DNA of 64,000 nt, from contig JAFMCI010000004.1 in the NCBI GenBank assembly GCA_017857855.1, positions 1,665 through 65,664 on the forward strand, given 5' to 3'. Below, piece after piece: positions 1-7,610 of this stretch. Every line of letters starts with the position of its first letter. The stretch's first letter is position 1. Below the pieces are notes generated by a model. It was not told the DNA's origin. It worked only from the letters and a program-made list of their open reading frames with translations, and did not search any database. The position numbers were made by a program, and so were the translations under genes. Origin of the DNA: Bacteroidia bacterium. GTDB lineage: Bacteria > Bacteroidota > Bacteroidia > NS11-12g > UBA9320.

Positions 1-407
1 CTTGTAGAGGGCAAGTAATCGTAAGTGAACGCATTGAAAATCTGCCATGCAAAGGACCCCATTTTTACGATAGCGGGTATTACTATTGGCGAGATATAGA
101 CCAAAGAATATTACTTGGAGGAGCACGTAACAAGGATGTGGAAGGCGAAAATTCGTATGACCTCGTCCCAAATGATACGGTATTGGCAGAATTGAAACGC
201 TTTATGAATGAGCAAATTTTTGGCAGAGAAGTAGCCATAGATTATGAGTGGAGTGGTATTATGGGGATGGGAAAAAGTAATGAAAAACAACCCATAGTAA
301 AGCGATTATCTACGAATAGTATAGTTGCGGCAAGGCTAGGTGGAATGGGCGTAGCTTTAAGTGCAAACGTAGCAGAAGAAGTGGTAGGATTGATTTATGA
401 CGTATGA
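1..407 (+). CDS. FAD-dependent oxidoreductase (DAO family), C-terminal part; 5' end lies outside the window
   Basis: Reading phase 3 is open from the window edge to TGA at 405-407. The translation CRGQVIVSERIENLPCKGPHFYDSGYYYWRDIDQRILLGGARN...WSGIMGMG resembles the C-terminal half of DAO-type flavoenzymes. Confidence 0.6.
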   Translation, partial: CRGQVIVSERIENLPCKGPHFYDSGYYYWRDIDQRILLGGARNKDVEGENSYDLVPNDTVLAELKRFMNEQIFGREVAIDYEWSGIMGMGKSNEKQPIVKRLSTNSIVAARLGGMGVALSANVAEEVVGLIYDV

Positions 408-440
408 CGAAGGATGTAAGACGATTTAAAAAAATACATT

Positions 441-474
441 AAAAAAACGCATCACTTTCGAGATGCGTTTTTTT
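441..474. terminator. Bidirectional intrinsic terminator between convergent genes
   Basis: AAAAAAA-CGCATC-(8 nt loop)-GATGCG-TTTTTTT. An A-tract and a T-tract flank a GC-containing stem, so it could terminate transcripts from either strand. Confidence 0.6.
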
Positions 475-566
475 AATATCTAAGGACAAGATTGTCTTAA
501 ATCTTGTGTCCTATATCCTAAATATGGCTGCAAAGCCGTCCTAAATCATAAATCTGGCACAGCCAA

Positions 567-1715
567 TTAGTCCTTCAAAATGCTTCTAGCAATAACGATA
601 CGTTGTACTTCGCTAGTTCCCTCGTATATCTGAGTTATCTTAGCATCGCGCATCATACGCTCTACGTGATATTCTTTTACAAAGCCATATCCACCGTGTA
701 TTTGTACTGCTTCCGTAGCTACCCACATAGCGGTTTCAGATGCAAATAATTTTGCCATACTTGCTGCTTGAAGAAAATCTTCACCTTTATCTTTTAGGTA
801 AGCTGCTTTGTAGCAAAACAGTCTTGCAGCCTCTATTTTTGTAGCCATATCTGCAAGTTTAAATTGGATTGCTTGGTGGTTCATGATTTCCGTACCAAAG
901 GCTTTTCTTTCTTTTGAATATTGCAGTGCTCTCTCGTATGCACCACTTGCTATACCCAAAGCTTGTGCAGCAATACCAATACGACCGCCACTTAATACTT
1001 GCATCGCAAACTTAAATCCAAACCCTTCTTCTCCAATTCTATTTGCTTTAGGTACTTTTACATCTTGGAACATTAGCGAGTGTGTATCAGAACCTCTAAT
1101 GCCGAGTTTGTCTTCTTTCTTGCCAACTTGGAAACCTTCCATGTCTGAAGTTACAATAAGGCAATTAATTCCTTTGTGTCCTTTTTCAACATCGGTTTGC
1201 GCCATTACCAAAAATGTTTTTCCAGTGCTACCGTTGGTGATCCAGTTTTTGGTTCCATTTAAAAGATAATAGTCGCCCATGTCTATGGCAGTTGTGCGCT
1301 GGCTGGTGGCATCACTACCTGCCTCTGGTTCACTTAAGCAAAAGCCACCGTGAATTTGTCCGCTGGCCAGTGGACGTAAAAATTTTTCTTTCTGTTCATC
1401 AGATCCGTGTTTTTCTATTCCCCAACAAACTAAAGAGTTATTTACACTCATTACCACACTGGCACTTGCATCTATTTTAGATATCTCTTCCATTGCTAGC
1501 ACATAGCTAATGGTATCCATTCCGCTGCCTCCCCACTTAGGGTCAACCATCATGCCTAACATACCAAGTTCGCCTAGCTTTTTGATTTGCTCATACGGAA
1601 ATCGTTGCTCATTATCTCTTTCGATAACGCCTGGTAGTAATTCAGTTTCAGCAAAATCACGCGCAGCTTGCTGTATCATTAAGTGTTCTTCGGATAGTTC
1701 GAAATTCATTTTCAA
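567..1715 (-). CDS. Acyl-CoA dehydrogenase (short/medium-chain type)
   Basis: 382 aa with ACAD hallmarks GGFCLSEPEAGSDA and C-terminal QIYEGTSEVQRIVIAR. The length is typical of the family. Confidence 0.9.
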   Translation of the reverse strand: MKMNFELSEEHLMIQQAARDFAETELLPGVIERDNEQRFPYEQIKKLGELGMLGMMVDPKWGGSGMDTISYVLAMEEISKIDASASVVMSVNNSLVCWGIEKHGSDEQKEKFLRPLASGQIHGGFCLSEPEAGSDATSQRTTAIDMGDYYLLNGTKNWITNGSTGKTFLVMAQTDVEKGHKGINCLIVTSDMEGFQVGKKEDKLGIRGSDTHSLMFQDVKVPKANRIGEEGFGFKFAMQVLSGGRIGIAAQALGIASGAYERALQYSKERKAFGTEIMNHQAIQFKLADMATKIEAARLFCYKAAYLKDKGEDFLQAASMAKLFASETAMWVATEAVQIHGGYGFVKEYHVERMMRDAKITQIYEGTSEVQRIVIARSILKD

Positions 1716-1726
1716 AAATATTGTTG

Positions 1727-1734
1727 CAAATGTA
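1727..1734 (-). promoter_or_regulatory. Bacteroidota -7 promoter box TACATTTG
   Basis: Exact match to the TAnnTTTG consensus on the minus strand, 11 nt upstream of the acyl-CoA dehydrogenase ATG. Confidence 0.5.
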
Positions 1735-1944
1735 ACAGATTAGATGACCAAATAGTTGAGTAAATAAGTAAGCATCCTTGTTTAAATTGGGTTAAAATAA
1801 TAAAAATAGGAATAGAAATATTTTTTAAATAAATGATTATTAGGGTTGTAAATCTGAGAATAAGTTAATAACATGCAGTGCACTAGCAAATTTTATCCAA
1901 ATATAGGATTTCGTATGCGTGCTCATTTTCCCCGTTGAGTTTTT

Positions 1945-1985
1945 AAAAAAAAGCCGTTAGTAAACCAATAGCTACTACCCAACGG
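1945..1985 (-). terminator. Possible intrinsic terminator downstream of msrB-msrA
   Basis: On the minus strand CCGTTGG...CTAACGG forms a 7-bp stem (one G-U) followed by C-U8. The loop is large (about 18 nt), so the call is weak. Confidence 0.35.
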
Positions 1986-2106
1986 ATGAGTTGGTTAACT
2001 AATTCCATTGTTAAAATATAGAATTTAGTTCACGTTCATTTAAACTATATTGGAAAAGTATCGTATAGCAGCATTTCTAATGCTAACCAAATAAATGTGT
2101 AGCCGA

Positions 2107-3144
2107 CTATTCTTTGATTAAGTCTTTATACTTCAACTGAAACTTCACCACCTTAGGACCAATTACAGCGTTGCAATACCCGTTGGTTTCTTTGTTTAAG
2201 TTGTAATAGTTTTGGTGGTACTGCTCTGCGGTGCTATAATTCCGAATAGGTTCTATGGCTGTAACAACAGGGTTACTCCAAAGGTCGCTGGCATCAATGC
2301 GTTTTAACACTTCACTTGCAATGGCCTTTTGCTCATCGTTATGATAAAAAATTACAGATCGATATTGTGTTCCATGATCACCTCCTTGTTGATTAAGCGT
2401 AGTAGGGTCGTGCACATGGAAGAGAATATCTACCAGTTTTTCGTAGGTGATAATACTTGGGTCAAATACAATTTGAGCTACTTCCACACTTCCTGTATTG
2501 CCCTCGCAAACCATTTTATAGGTCGGATTTTTTAATTTTCCAGCGGCATAGCCACTTTCTACATGATGCACGCCTTTTAGTTTTTGAAAAAGAACTTCTA
2601 CGCACCAAAAACAACCTGCACCAAAAGTTGCTGTATCTAGTTTACTCATGTCTAAAGGTTCGTTTTTTATAATGGCGGGTAAGGCTTCTCCACCTTCCAC
2701 AAAGTTCATTGATATGCCATTTACACAATGACGCGTATTTTTGGGTGTCATCATTTCACCTTCAAAAACGTGGCCCAAGTGACCTTGGCAATTAGAGCAA
2801 ATGATTTCTGTTCTGCGTCCATCAGCATCTCGCACTCGGGATACCGCTCCAGTTATCTCGTCATCAAAGGATGGCCAACCACAGTGACTGTTAAATTTAG
2901 TTTCTGAAGTATAAAGTGGCTGATTGCATTGCTTACAGATATAAGTTCCGTTGGCTTCGCTGTCGGTAAACTCGCTGGTGCCTGGATACTCTGTTCCTTT
3001 GTTCAGAATAACCCGCTGTTCCGCTTCTGTTAATACGTTAAATTTCATTTCGCTGTTTTGAGATTTGCTTGATTTATGGGTACTTGTTTGCGCATTGCAT
3101 GCTACTACAAAGAATAAACAAATAAGATAATAAATTGACTTCAT
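2107..3144 (-). CDS. msrAB: Exported bifunctional methionine sulfoxide reductase, MsrB domain followed by MsrA domain
   Basis: The MsrB domain has Zn CxxC pairs (CKQC, CSNC), GWPSF and the catalytic RHCVNG. The MsrA domain has GAGCFWC. I moved the start to ATG 3144 (MKSIYYLICLFFVVAC, a signal/lipobox-like N-terminus) because the track start at 3228 is a TTG lying inside a promoter box. Confidence 0.85.
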   Translation of the reverse strand: MKSIYYLICLFFVVACNAQTSTHKSSKSQNSEMKFNVLTEAEQRVILNKGTEYPGTSEFTDSEANGTYICKQCNQPLYTSETKFNSHCGWPSFDDEITGAVSRVRDADGRRTEIICSNCQGHLGHVFEGEMMTPKNTRHCVNGISMNFVEGGEALPAIIKNEPLDMSKLDTATFGAGCFWCVEVLFQKLKGVHHVESGYAAGKLKNPTYKMVCEGNTGSVEVAQIVFDPSIITYEKLVDILFHVHDPTTLNQQGGDHGTQYRSVIFYHNDEQKAIASEVLKRIDASDLWSNPVVTAIEPIRNYSTAEQYHQNYYNLNKETNGYCNAVIGPKVVKFQLKYKDLIKE

Positions 3145-3225
3145 CTTTAGTAGAAACCATTGAGGTGTGCTTTTTGATTTTGTCGTTATACATTTTTCTA
3201 TGAAAGATATGAAGAGTGGGATGAA

Positions 3226-3233
3226 CAAAGCTA
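3226..3233 (-). promoter_or_regulatory. Bacteroidota -7 promoter box TAGCTTTG
   Basis: Exact TAnnTTTG on the minus strand, 81 nt upstream of ATG 3144 of msrB-msrA. It overlaps the TTG used by the ORF track. Confidence 0.4.
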
Positions 3234-3336
3234 ATGACCATCTATTCCTTTATTTATAATTTAATTAAATACGAATAAATCTTGGCTGCCTGAGCCTTGT
3301 GCACTTTTAAACTAAATCGTGGCACGCAATTTTTCT

Positions 3337-3344
3337 TAGTTTTG
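3337..3344 (+). promoter_or_regulatory. Bacteroidota -7 promoter box TAGTTTTG
   Basis: Exact TAnnTTTG, 7 nt upstream of ATG 3352. This implies a leaderless or near-leaderless mRNA. Confidence 0.5.
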
Positions 3345-3351
3345 CCACAGA

Positions 3352-4119
3352 ATGAATGCAATAGATCAAGGTGATGTAACTTACACCATAGAAAATGGAA
3401 TTGCTACCGTACAATTTTACCACCCTTTAAGCAACTCGTTACCAGGCAAAGTACTTGCTAAACTTGCAAATACGATTACTGCTCTTGGATCAAATAACGA
3501 TGCGGTAGTCATTATCGTAAGAAGTGAAGGAGATCGTGCTTTTTGTGCAGGTGCCAGTTTTGATGAGCTCGTAGCTATTGAAAATTTAGCTAAAGGCACC
3601 GTATTCTTTTCTGGATTTGCCAATGTTATAAATGCGTGTCGTAAATGCCCTAAACTTATTATTGGCCGCGTGCAAGGTAAGGCGGTAGGCGGCGGAGTTG
3701 GACTAGCAGCTGCATTCGATTATACACTTGCCACCGTTCAAGCTTCCGTAAAACTGAGCGAATTGGCTGTGGGGATTGGTCCTTTTGTAGTTGGCCCAGC
3801 AGTAGAACGCAAAATTGGCTTATCCGCTATGAGTCAACTTGCAATAGATGCTACCGAATGGCAATCAGCAAAATGGGCTCAAGGCAAGGGTCTATACACC
3901 AATGTGTATGACACCGTAGAAGAAATGGACGCTGCTATTGACAACTTAGCTCAAAAACTAAAAAATAGTAATCCAGAAGCGATGCGATTACTAAAAGAAG
4001 TATTTTGGAGAGGAACAGAAGACTGGGATACTTTACTTTCGGAACGCGCTGCCATCAGTGGACAATTGGTGCTTTCTGACTTTACTAAAAACGCGATTAA
4101 CAGCTTTAAAGCTAAGTAA
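3352..4119 (+). CDS. Enoyl-CoA hydratase/isomerase family protein
   Basis: 255 aa with crotonase-fold motifs AFCAGASFDEL and GKAVGGGVGLAAAFDY. Confidence 0.85.
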   Translation: MNAIDQGDVTYTIENGIATVQFYHPLSNSLPGKVLAKLANTITALGSNNDAVVIIVRSEGDRAFCAGASFDELVAIENLAKGTVFFSGFANVINACRKCPKLIIGRVQGKAVGGGVGLAAAFDYTLATVQASVKLSELAVGIGPFVVGPAVERKIGLSAMSQLAIDATEWQSAKWAQGKGLYTNVYDTVEEMDAAIDNLAQKLKNSNPEAMRLLKEVFWRGTEDWDTLLSERAAISGQLVLSDFTKNAINSFKAK

Positions 4120-4146
4120 AGGATGAAAACTAGTAGACAATTTATT

Positions 4147-4722
4147 TTAGATTTTCTTCACGTATTTGGTAATAATAACCACCGTTTGGCCATCTACCTT
4201 GCCTTCTATATACTCTTCGTTATCGGGGTCTAATCGAATATTTCTCACCGCAGCACCTCGCTTAGCTGTAAGACTACTGCCTTTTACATCTAAGTCTTTA
4301 ATAAGCACCACAGCATCGCCAGTAGATAAAACTACACCATTACTGTCTCTGTGAATAATACCGCTGGTAGGTGCAGCTTCCACACCTTCTTTAGCCCACA
4401 ATGTGGTTTCCTCATCCATATACATCATATCCAATAGGTCATTGGGCCAACCTTGTCCTTTTAGCTGGGTTAACATGCGCCACGCTACTACTTTAACTGC
4501 ATTCGCTTCTGACCACATACTATCATTCAAACATCTCCAATGATTAGCATCTACCTTGGTTTCATCCCCTAACTGATCATAACATGTTTCACAGGTCATA
4601 ACACAATTATCGGCTAGTTTACCCTCTTTAGGCGCAACAGTATAGACAGTAAGTCCTTCTTTGCCGCCACATAGCTCGCAACTATCATTACCTCTATCTC
4701 TTAAATCTTGTTCTACACTCAT
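4147..4722 (-). CDS. phnA: PhnA family zinc-ribbon protein
   Basis: N-terminal Cys4 zinc ribbon (CELCGG...CETC) and the conserved PhnA C-terminal domain (VVLIKDLDVKGSSLTAKRGAAVRNIRL...EGKVDGQ). Confidence 0.8.
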   Translation of the reverse strand: MSVEQDLRDRGNDSCELCGGKEGLTVYTVAPKEGKLADNCVMTCETCYDQLGDETKVDANHWRCLNDSMWSEANAVKVVAWRMLTQLKGQGWPNDLLDMMYMDEETTLWAKEGVEAAPTSGIIHRDSNGVVLSTGDAVVLIKDLDVKGSSLTAKRGAAVRNIRLDPDNEEYIEGKVDGQTVVIITKYVKKI

Positions 4723-4851
4723 TGTATATCTATTAAAGTGCGCAAAGTAGCAATTTGGTTACGGTAAACTCATACCGCTTAACTATAAAATGCCAACTAA
4801 ATAAAGATTTGCTTTCGCTAATAACCTTTTATGTATCCTAAATTAGTTACA

Positions 4852-4859
4852 TACCTTTG
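4852..4859 (+). promoter_or_regulatory. Bacteroidota -7 promoter box TACCTTTG
   Basis: Exact TAnnTTTG inside the 5' end of the track ORF 4831-5214. In-frame ATGs follow at 4864 and 4870, which argues for a shorter dgkA. Confidence 0.45.
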
Positions 4860-4863
4860 CTTT

Positions 4864-5214
4864 ATGCTTATGCAACAGTTACGCGCATTTGGTTACGCAT
4901 TAAATGGCATTGGATTGTTTTTTTGGAAAGAACGCCACGCTAAAATACATGCAGTAGCCGCTTTATTTATTATTATACTGAGTTTTTATCTCAATATAAC
5001 CTCCTCAGAATGGCTCTGGGTCCTACTCTGTATTACGTTAGTCATTGTAAGTGAAATGATTAATACTGCAATTGAGCGCCTCTGTAACAAGCTAACCATA
5101 GAATTAGATCCTGATATTAAAATTATAAAAGACGTAAGTGCAGGTTTCGTGCTAATAAGTTCATTGTTTGCCGTGGCCGTTGCTGCAATCATTTTTTCTC
5201 GTTATTTGTTATAA
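4864..5214 (+). CDS. dgkA: Diacylglycerol/undecaprenol kinase family membrane protein (DgkA type)
   Basis: Small protein with three TM segments and the DgkA signature SEMINTAIERLCN. The start was moved from 4831 to 4864 (4870 is also possible) because of the promoter box at 4852-4859. Confidence 0.75.
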   Translation: MLMQQLRAFGYALNGIGLFFWKERHAKIHAVAALFIIILSFYLNITSSEWLWVLLCITLVIVSEMINTAIERLCNKLTIELDPDIKIIKDVSAGFVLISSLFAVAVAAIIFSRYLL

Positions 5215-5219
5215 ATATT

Positions 5220-5846
5220 ATGGACGCACAAGTACTTTATGATGCAGGAAAATTTGATCAAGTAATCTCTTTACTTAAAAAAGGAAAACCAAGCCCACTT
5301 TTGGCTTTCGCCTATCAAAAAAGTAAATTATGGGACGAGGCCATGAATACATGGACCACGCTTATTGCCATGTATCCAGATGCTGCAGAGTATTATGTGG
5401 AGCGTGGAGTGTGCAAGTTTAATTTACGATTTAAACATGCTATACAGGACTTTGATTACGCCATAGAAATGGTAGACGACAATGCTTATTTTTATAGCTG
5501 TAGGGCCTATATCCGAGATAAAATAGGAGACTCTGAGGGTGCTATCGCCGATTATAGCAAAGCGCTAGAATTAGATCCTGAAGATGCTATCATACTTAAT
5601 AATCTTGGTCTTGCTGAGCAAAAGTTAGGTTATACCGCAAGAGCACGTGAGCGTTTCAAAAATAGCGATGATTTGTTGGGTATAAAAACGATAGACTCAC
5701 GCGAGGATCTCACTGAAAACGGCACCGGATTTGCCCCAAATGTTAAAAATACCACTGCGGCAAAACCATCCATTTGGTTAGAATTTAAAAAGATGTTAAG
5801 CGTAGTCGGATTTAAACAATTCCTAAAAGATTTAAAACGTAAATAA
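5220..5846 (+). CDS. TPR-repeat protein
   Basis: 208 aa with several 34-aa TPR-like units (AEYYVERGVCKF.., AYFYSCRAYIRDKIGDSEGAIADYSKALELDPEDA, ILNNLGLAEQKLG). Function unknown. Confidence 0.6.
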   Translation: MDAQVLYDAGKFDQVISLLKKGKPSPLLAFAYQKSKLWDEAMNTWTTLIAMYPDAAEYYVERGVCKFNLRFKHAIQDFDYAIEMVDDNAYFYSCRAYIRDKIGDSEGAIADYSKALELDPEDAIILNNLGLAEQKLGYTARARERFKNSDDLLGIKTIDSREDLTENGTGFAPNVKNTTAAKPSIWLEFKKMLSVVGFKQFLKDLKRK

Positions 5847-5974
5847 TTTATGCCAATGTCTTTTCCGACTTTTGAAAAGCATAACGAGTAACATCCAAAA
5901 TTTAAAACAGTACATTGACGTCTTTTCGGAACTGAACATAACCGTCATTAAATCTCGCTGATACATTGGTTAAA

Positions 5975-5982
5975 TAATTTTG
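5975..5982 (+). promoter_or_regulatory. Bacteroidota -7 promoter box TAATTTTG
   Basis: Exact TAnnTTTG, 15 nt upstream of ATG 5998. The track TTG start at 5980 lies inside this box. Confidence 0.45.
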
Positions 5983-5997
5983 TTAATTTGCACTTCA

Positions 5998-6927
5998 ATG
6001 ATTTCAATCATTTTACCTATTTATAATGAACAAGATGGACTTGCATCTTTTATGCGATCTCTTGAAAGTGAATTAACTAAATTAAAGGAAGATGTTGAAG
6101 TCATTTTTATAAACGATGGAAGTACGGACGATTCATTGGTTCTGGTTAAAAACTACTGTGACTCGAATAACCGTTACAAATACCTTGATTTAAGTAGAAA
6201 TTTTGGGCATCAAATAGCCGTAACTGCAGGCATAGACCACGCATTGGGCGATAAAATAGTGCTTATGGACGCCGATGGTCAAGATCCACCATCTGTAATA
6301 CCTGAAATGTTAGCTAAAATGGAAGAGGGATATGACGTAGTTTATGCTAAACGCATTAAACGTCAAGAAGAATCGTTACTTAAGAAAATGACCGCTTCTT
6401 TCTTTTACAAACTGCTCAATAAAATAACCTCCATAGAAATACCTGTAGATACTGGCGATTTTAGAATTATGAATCGCAAGATTGTAGAAGGCCTAAAAAA
6501 AATGCCCGAAAAACAACGGTACTTGCGTGGTCAAATTGCCTGGCTTGGATACAAACAAACCAGCGTGAGCTATGAGCGACATGGCAGAAATGCGGGCACT
6601 ACTGGTTATACCTATCGAAAAATGATTCACTTGGCATTAGACGCTATAACATCTTTTTCAAATCTGCCACTTAGACTAGCTACAATCTCAGGTTTTGTGT
6701 GTGCATTAATCGGTTTTTTACTTATTCTTTACACCCTCTATTCTAGATTTATACTGCAAGTTTATGAACCAGGTTGGTCATCGCTTATGATAACTATTGT
6801 TTTTTTGGGTGGAATACAGTTGATGGGCATTGGTATCATTGGCGAGTACATAAGTCGCATAAATGATAATGTAAAAAACAGGCCTTTGTACTTAATCGCT
6901 GAAACCAATATTACATTGAATGCATAA
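5998..6927 (+). CDS. Family 2 glycosyltransferase, polyprenyl-phosphate sugar transferase type (GtrB/ArnC-like)
   Basis: ISIILPIYNE, NDGSTDDS and MDADGQDPP (GT-A DxD) motifs, plus two C-terminal TM helices as in GtrB/ArnC-type enzymes. Confidence 0.85.
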   Translation: MISIILPIYNEQDGLASFMRSLESELTKLKEDVEVIFINDGSTDDSLVLVKNYCDSNNRYKYLDLSRNFGHQIAVTAGIDHALGDKIVLMDADGQDPPSVIPEMLAKMEEGYDVVYAKRIKRQEESLLKKMTASFFYKLLNKITSIEIPVDTGDFRIMNRKIVEGLKKMPEKQRYLRGQIAWLGYKQTSVSYERHGRNAGTTGYTYRKMIHLALDAITSFSNLPLRLATISGFVCALIGFLLILYTLYSRFILQVYEPGWSSLMITIVFLGGIQLMGIGIIGEYISRINDNVKNRPLYLIAETNITLNA

Positions 6928-7477
6928 CATCGAGCCTTTTTACCTTTGGCGAGACCTGTACAGTTCTGACCAAGATCCCAATGCGTTAAACTATAACCAA
7001 GAGTATTCTGAATTTCATTATACTAATAAAGTATACAACTACTTGTTGCATCCTCAGTGGGATGATTTTGGCAGCGAAACACTTTTTTATAAACTACTTT
7101 TTGCCGACTACGAAGAAGGTTTTTGCATAATAGAACTTATAGGAGAATGGAATGATGCCATTAACAATGATATTATGCAGCTCAAAGTTGAGCTCATTGA
7201 TCACTTGATCAGTTGTGGTATTCAAAATTTTGCTATTATTTTGGAGAATGTCCTCAATTTTCATGGAGATACTGATGATTATTATCAAGAATGGAAGGAT
7301 GATATAGATGGCGCTATTTATTTTATTAATGCTTTACCTCATGTTCTGAGTGAGTTAGGTCATTATCACTTGAAGTATAGCATTAATTTTGGAGATCACT
7401 TGAACGATATTAATTGGAGAAGTACTAAGCCTGATGAGTTATTAGAATTACTTGAGACACGTTATTTAGATCTTTAA
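6920..7477 (+). CDS. Hypothetical acidic cytoplasmic protein, translationally coupled to the GT2 gene
   Basis: 185-aa ORF whose ATG overlaps the GT2 stop (8-nt overlap). It has no signal peptide, no TM segment and no motif I recognise. Confidence 0.5.
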   Translation: MHNIEPFYLWRDLYSSDQDPNALNYNQEYSEFHYTNKVYNYLLHPQWDDFGSETLFYKLLFADYEEGFCIIELIGEWNDAINNDIMQLKVELIDHLISCGIQNFAIILENVLNFHGDTDDYYQEWKDDIDGAIYFINALPHVLSELGHYHLKYSINFGDHLNDINWRSTKPDELLELLETRYLDL

Positions 7478-7610
7478 AACACACCATCCAGCGATAAATT
7501 ATAGTCTAACTTTATGTGTTATTTCTTTTAAAAATAGCGGCCAACCTTTACACTATTTAGAGTTTTCTCCAGCACCCTTATATTGCACTATTTTTTAGGT
7601 TCATCTTTAA

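Noticed and set aside
883-1269. 128-aa plus-strand ORF (with 1292-1480 and 1510-1743) inside the acyl-CoA dehydrogenase locus
   Set aside because: It is antisense to a full-length, motif-rich ACAD gene. The translation is low-complexity (Pro/Ser/Leu/Cys-rich) with no start context, so it is a shadow ORF.
1716-2106. Unusually long (390 nt) AT-rich intergenic region, examined for a tRNA, sRNA or small gene
   Set aside because: I found only a 21-codon ORF with no signals, no tRNA-like cloverleaf elements and no strong conserved-looking structure beyond a weak terminator. It is most simply promoter plus terminator DNA, though an sRNA cannot be excluded without expression data.
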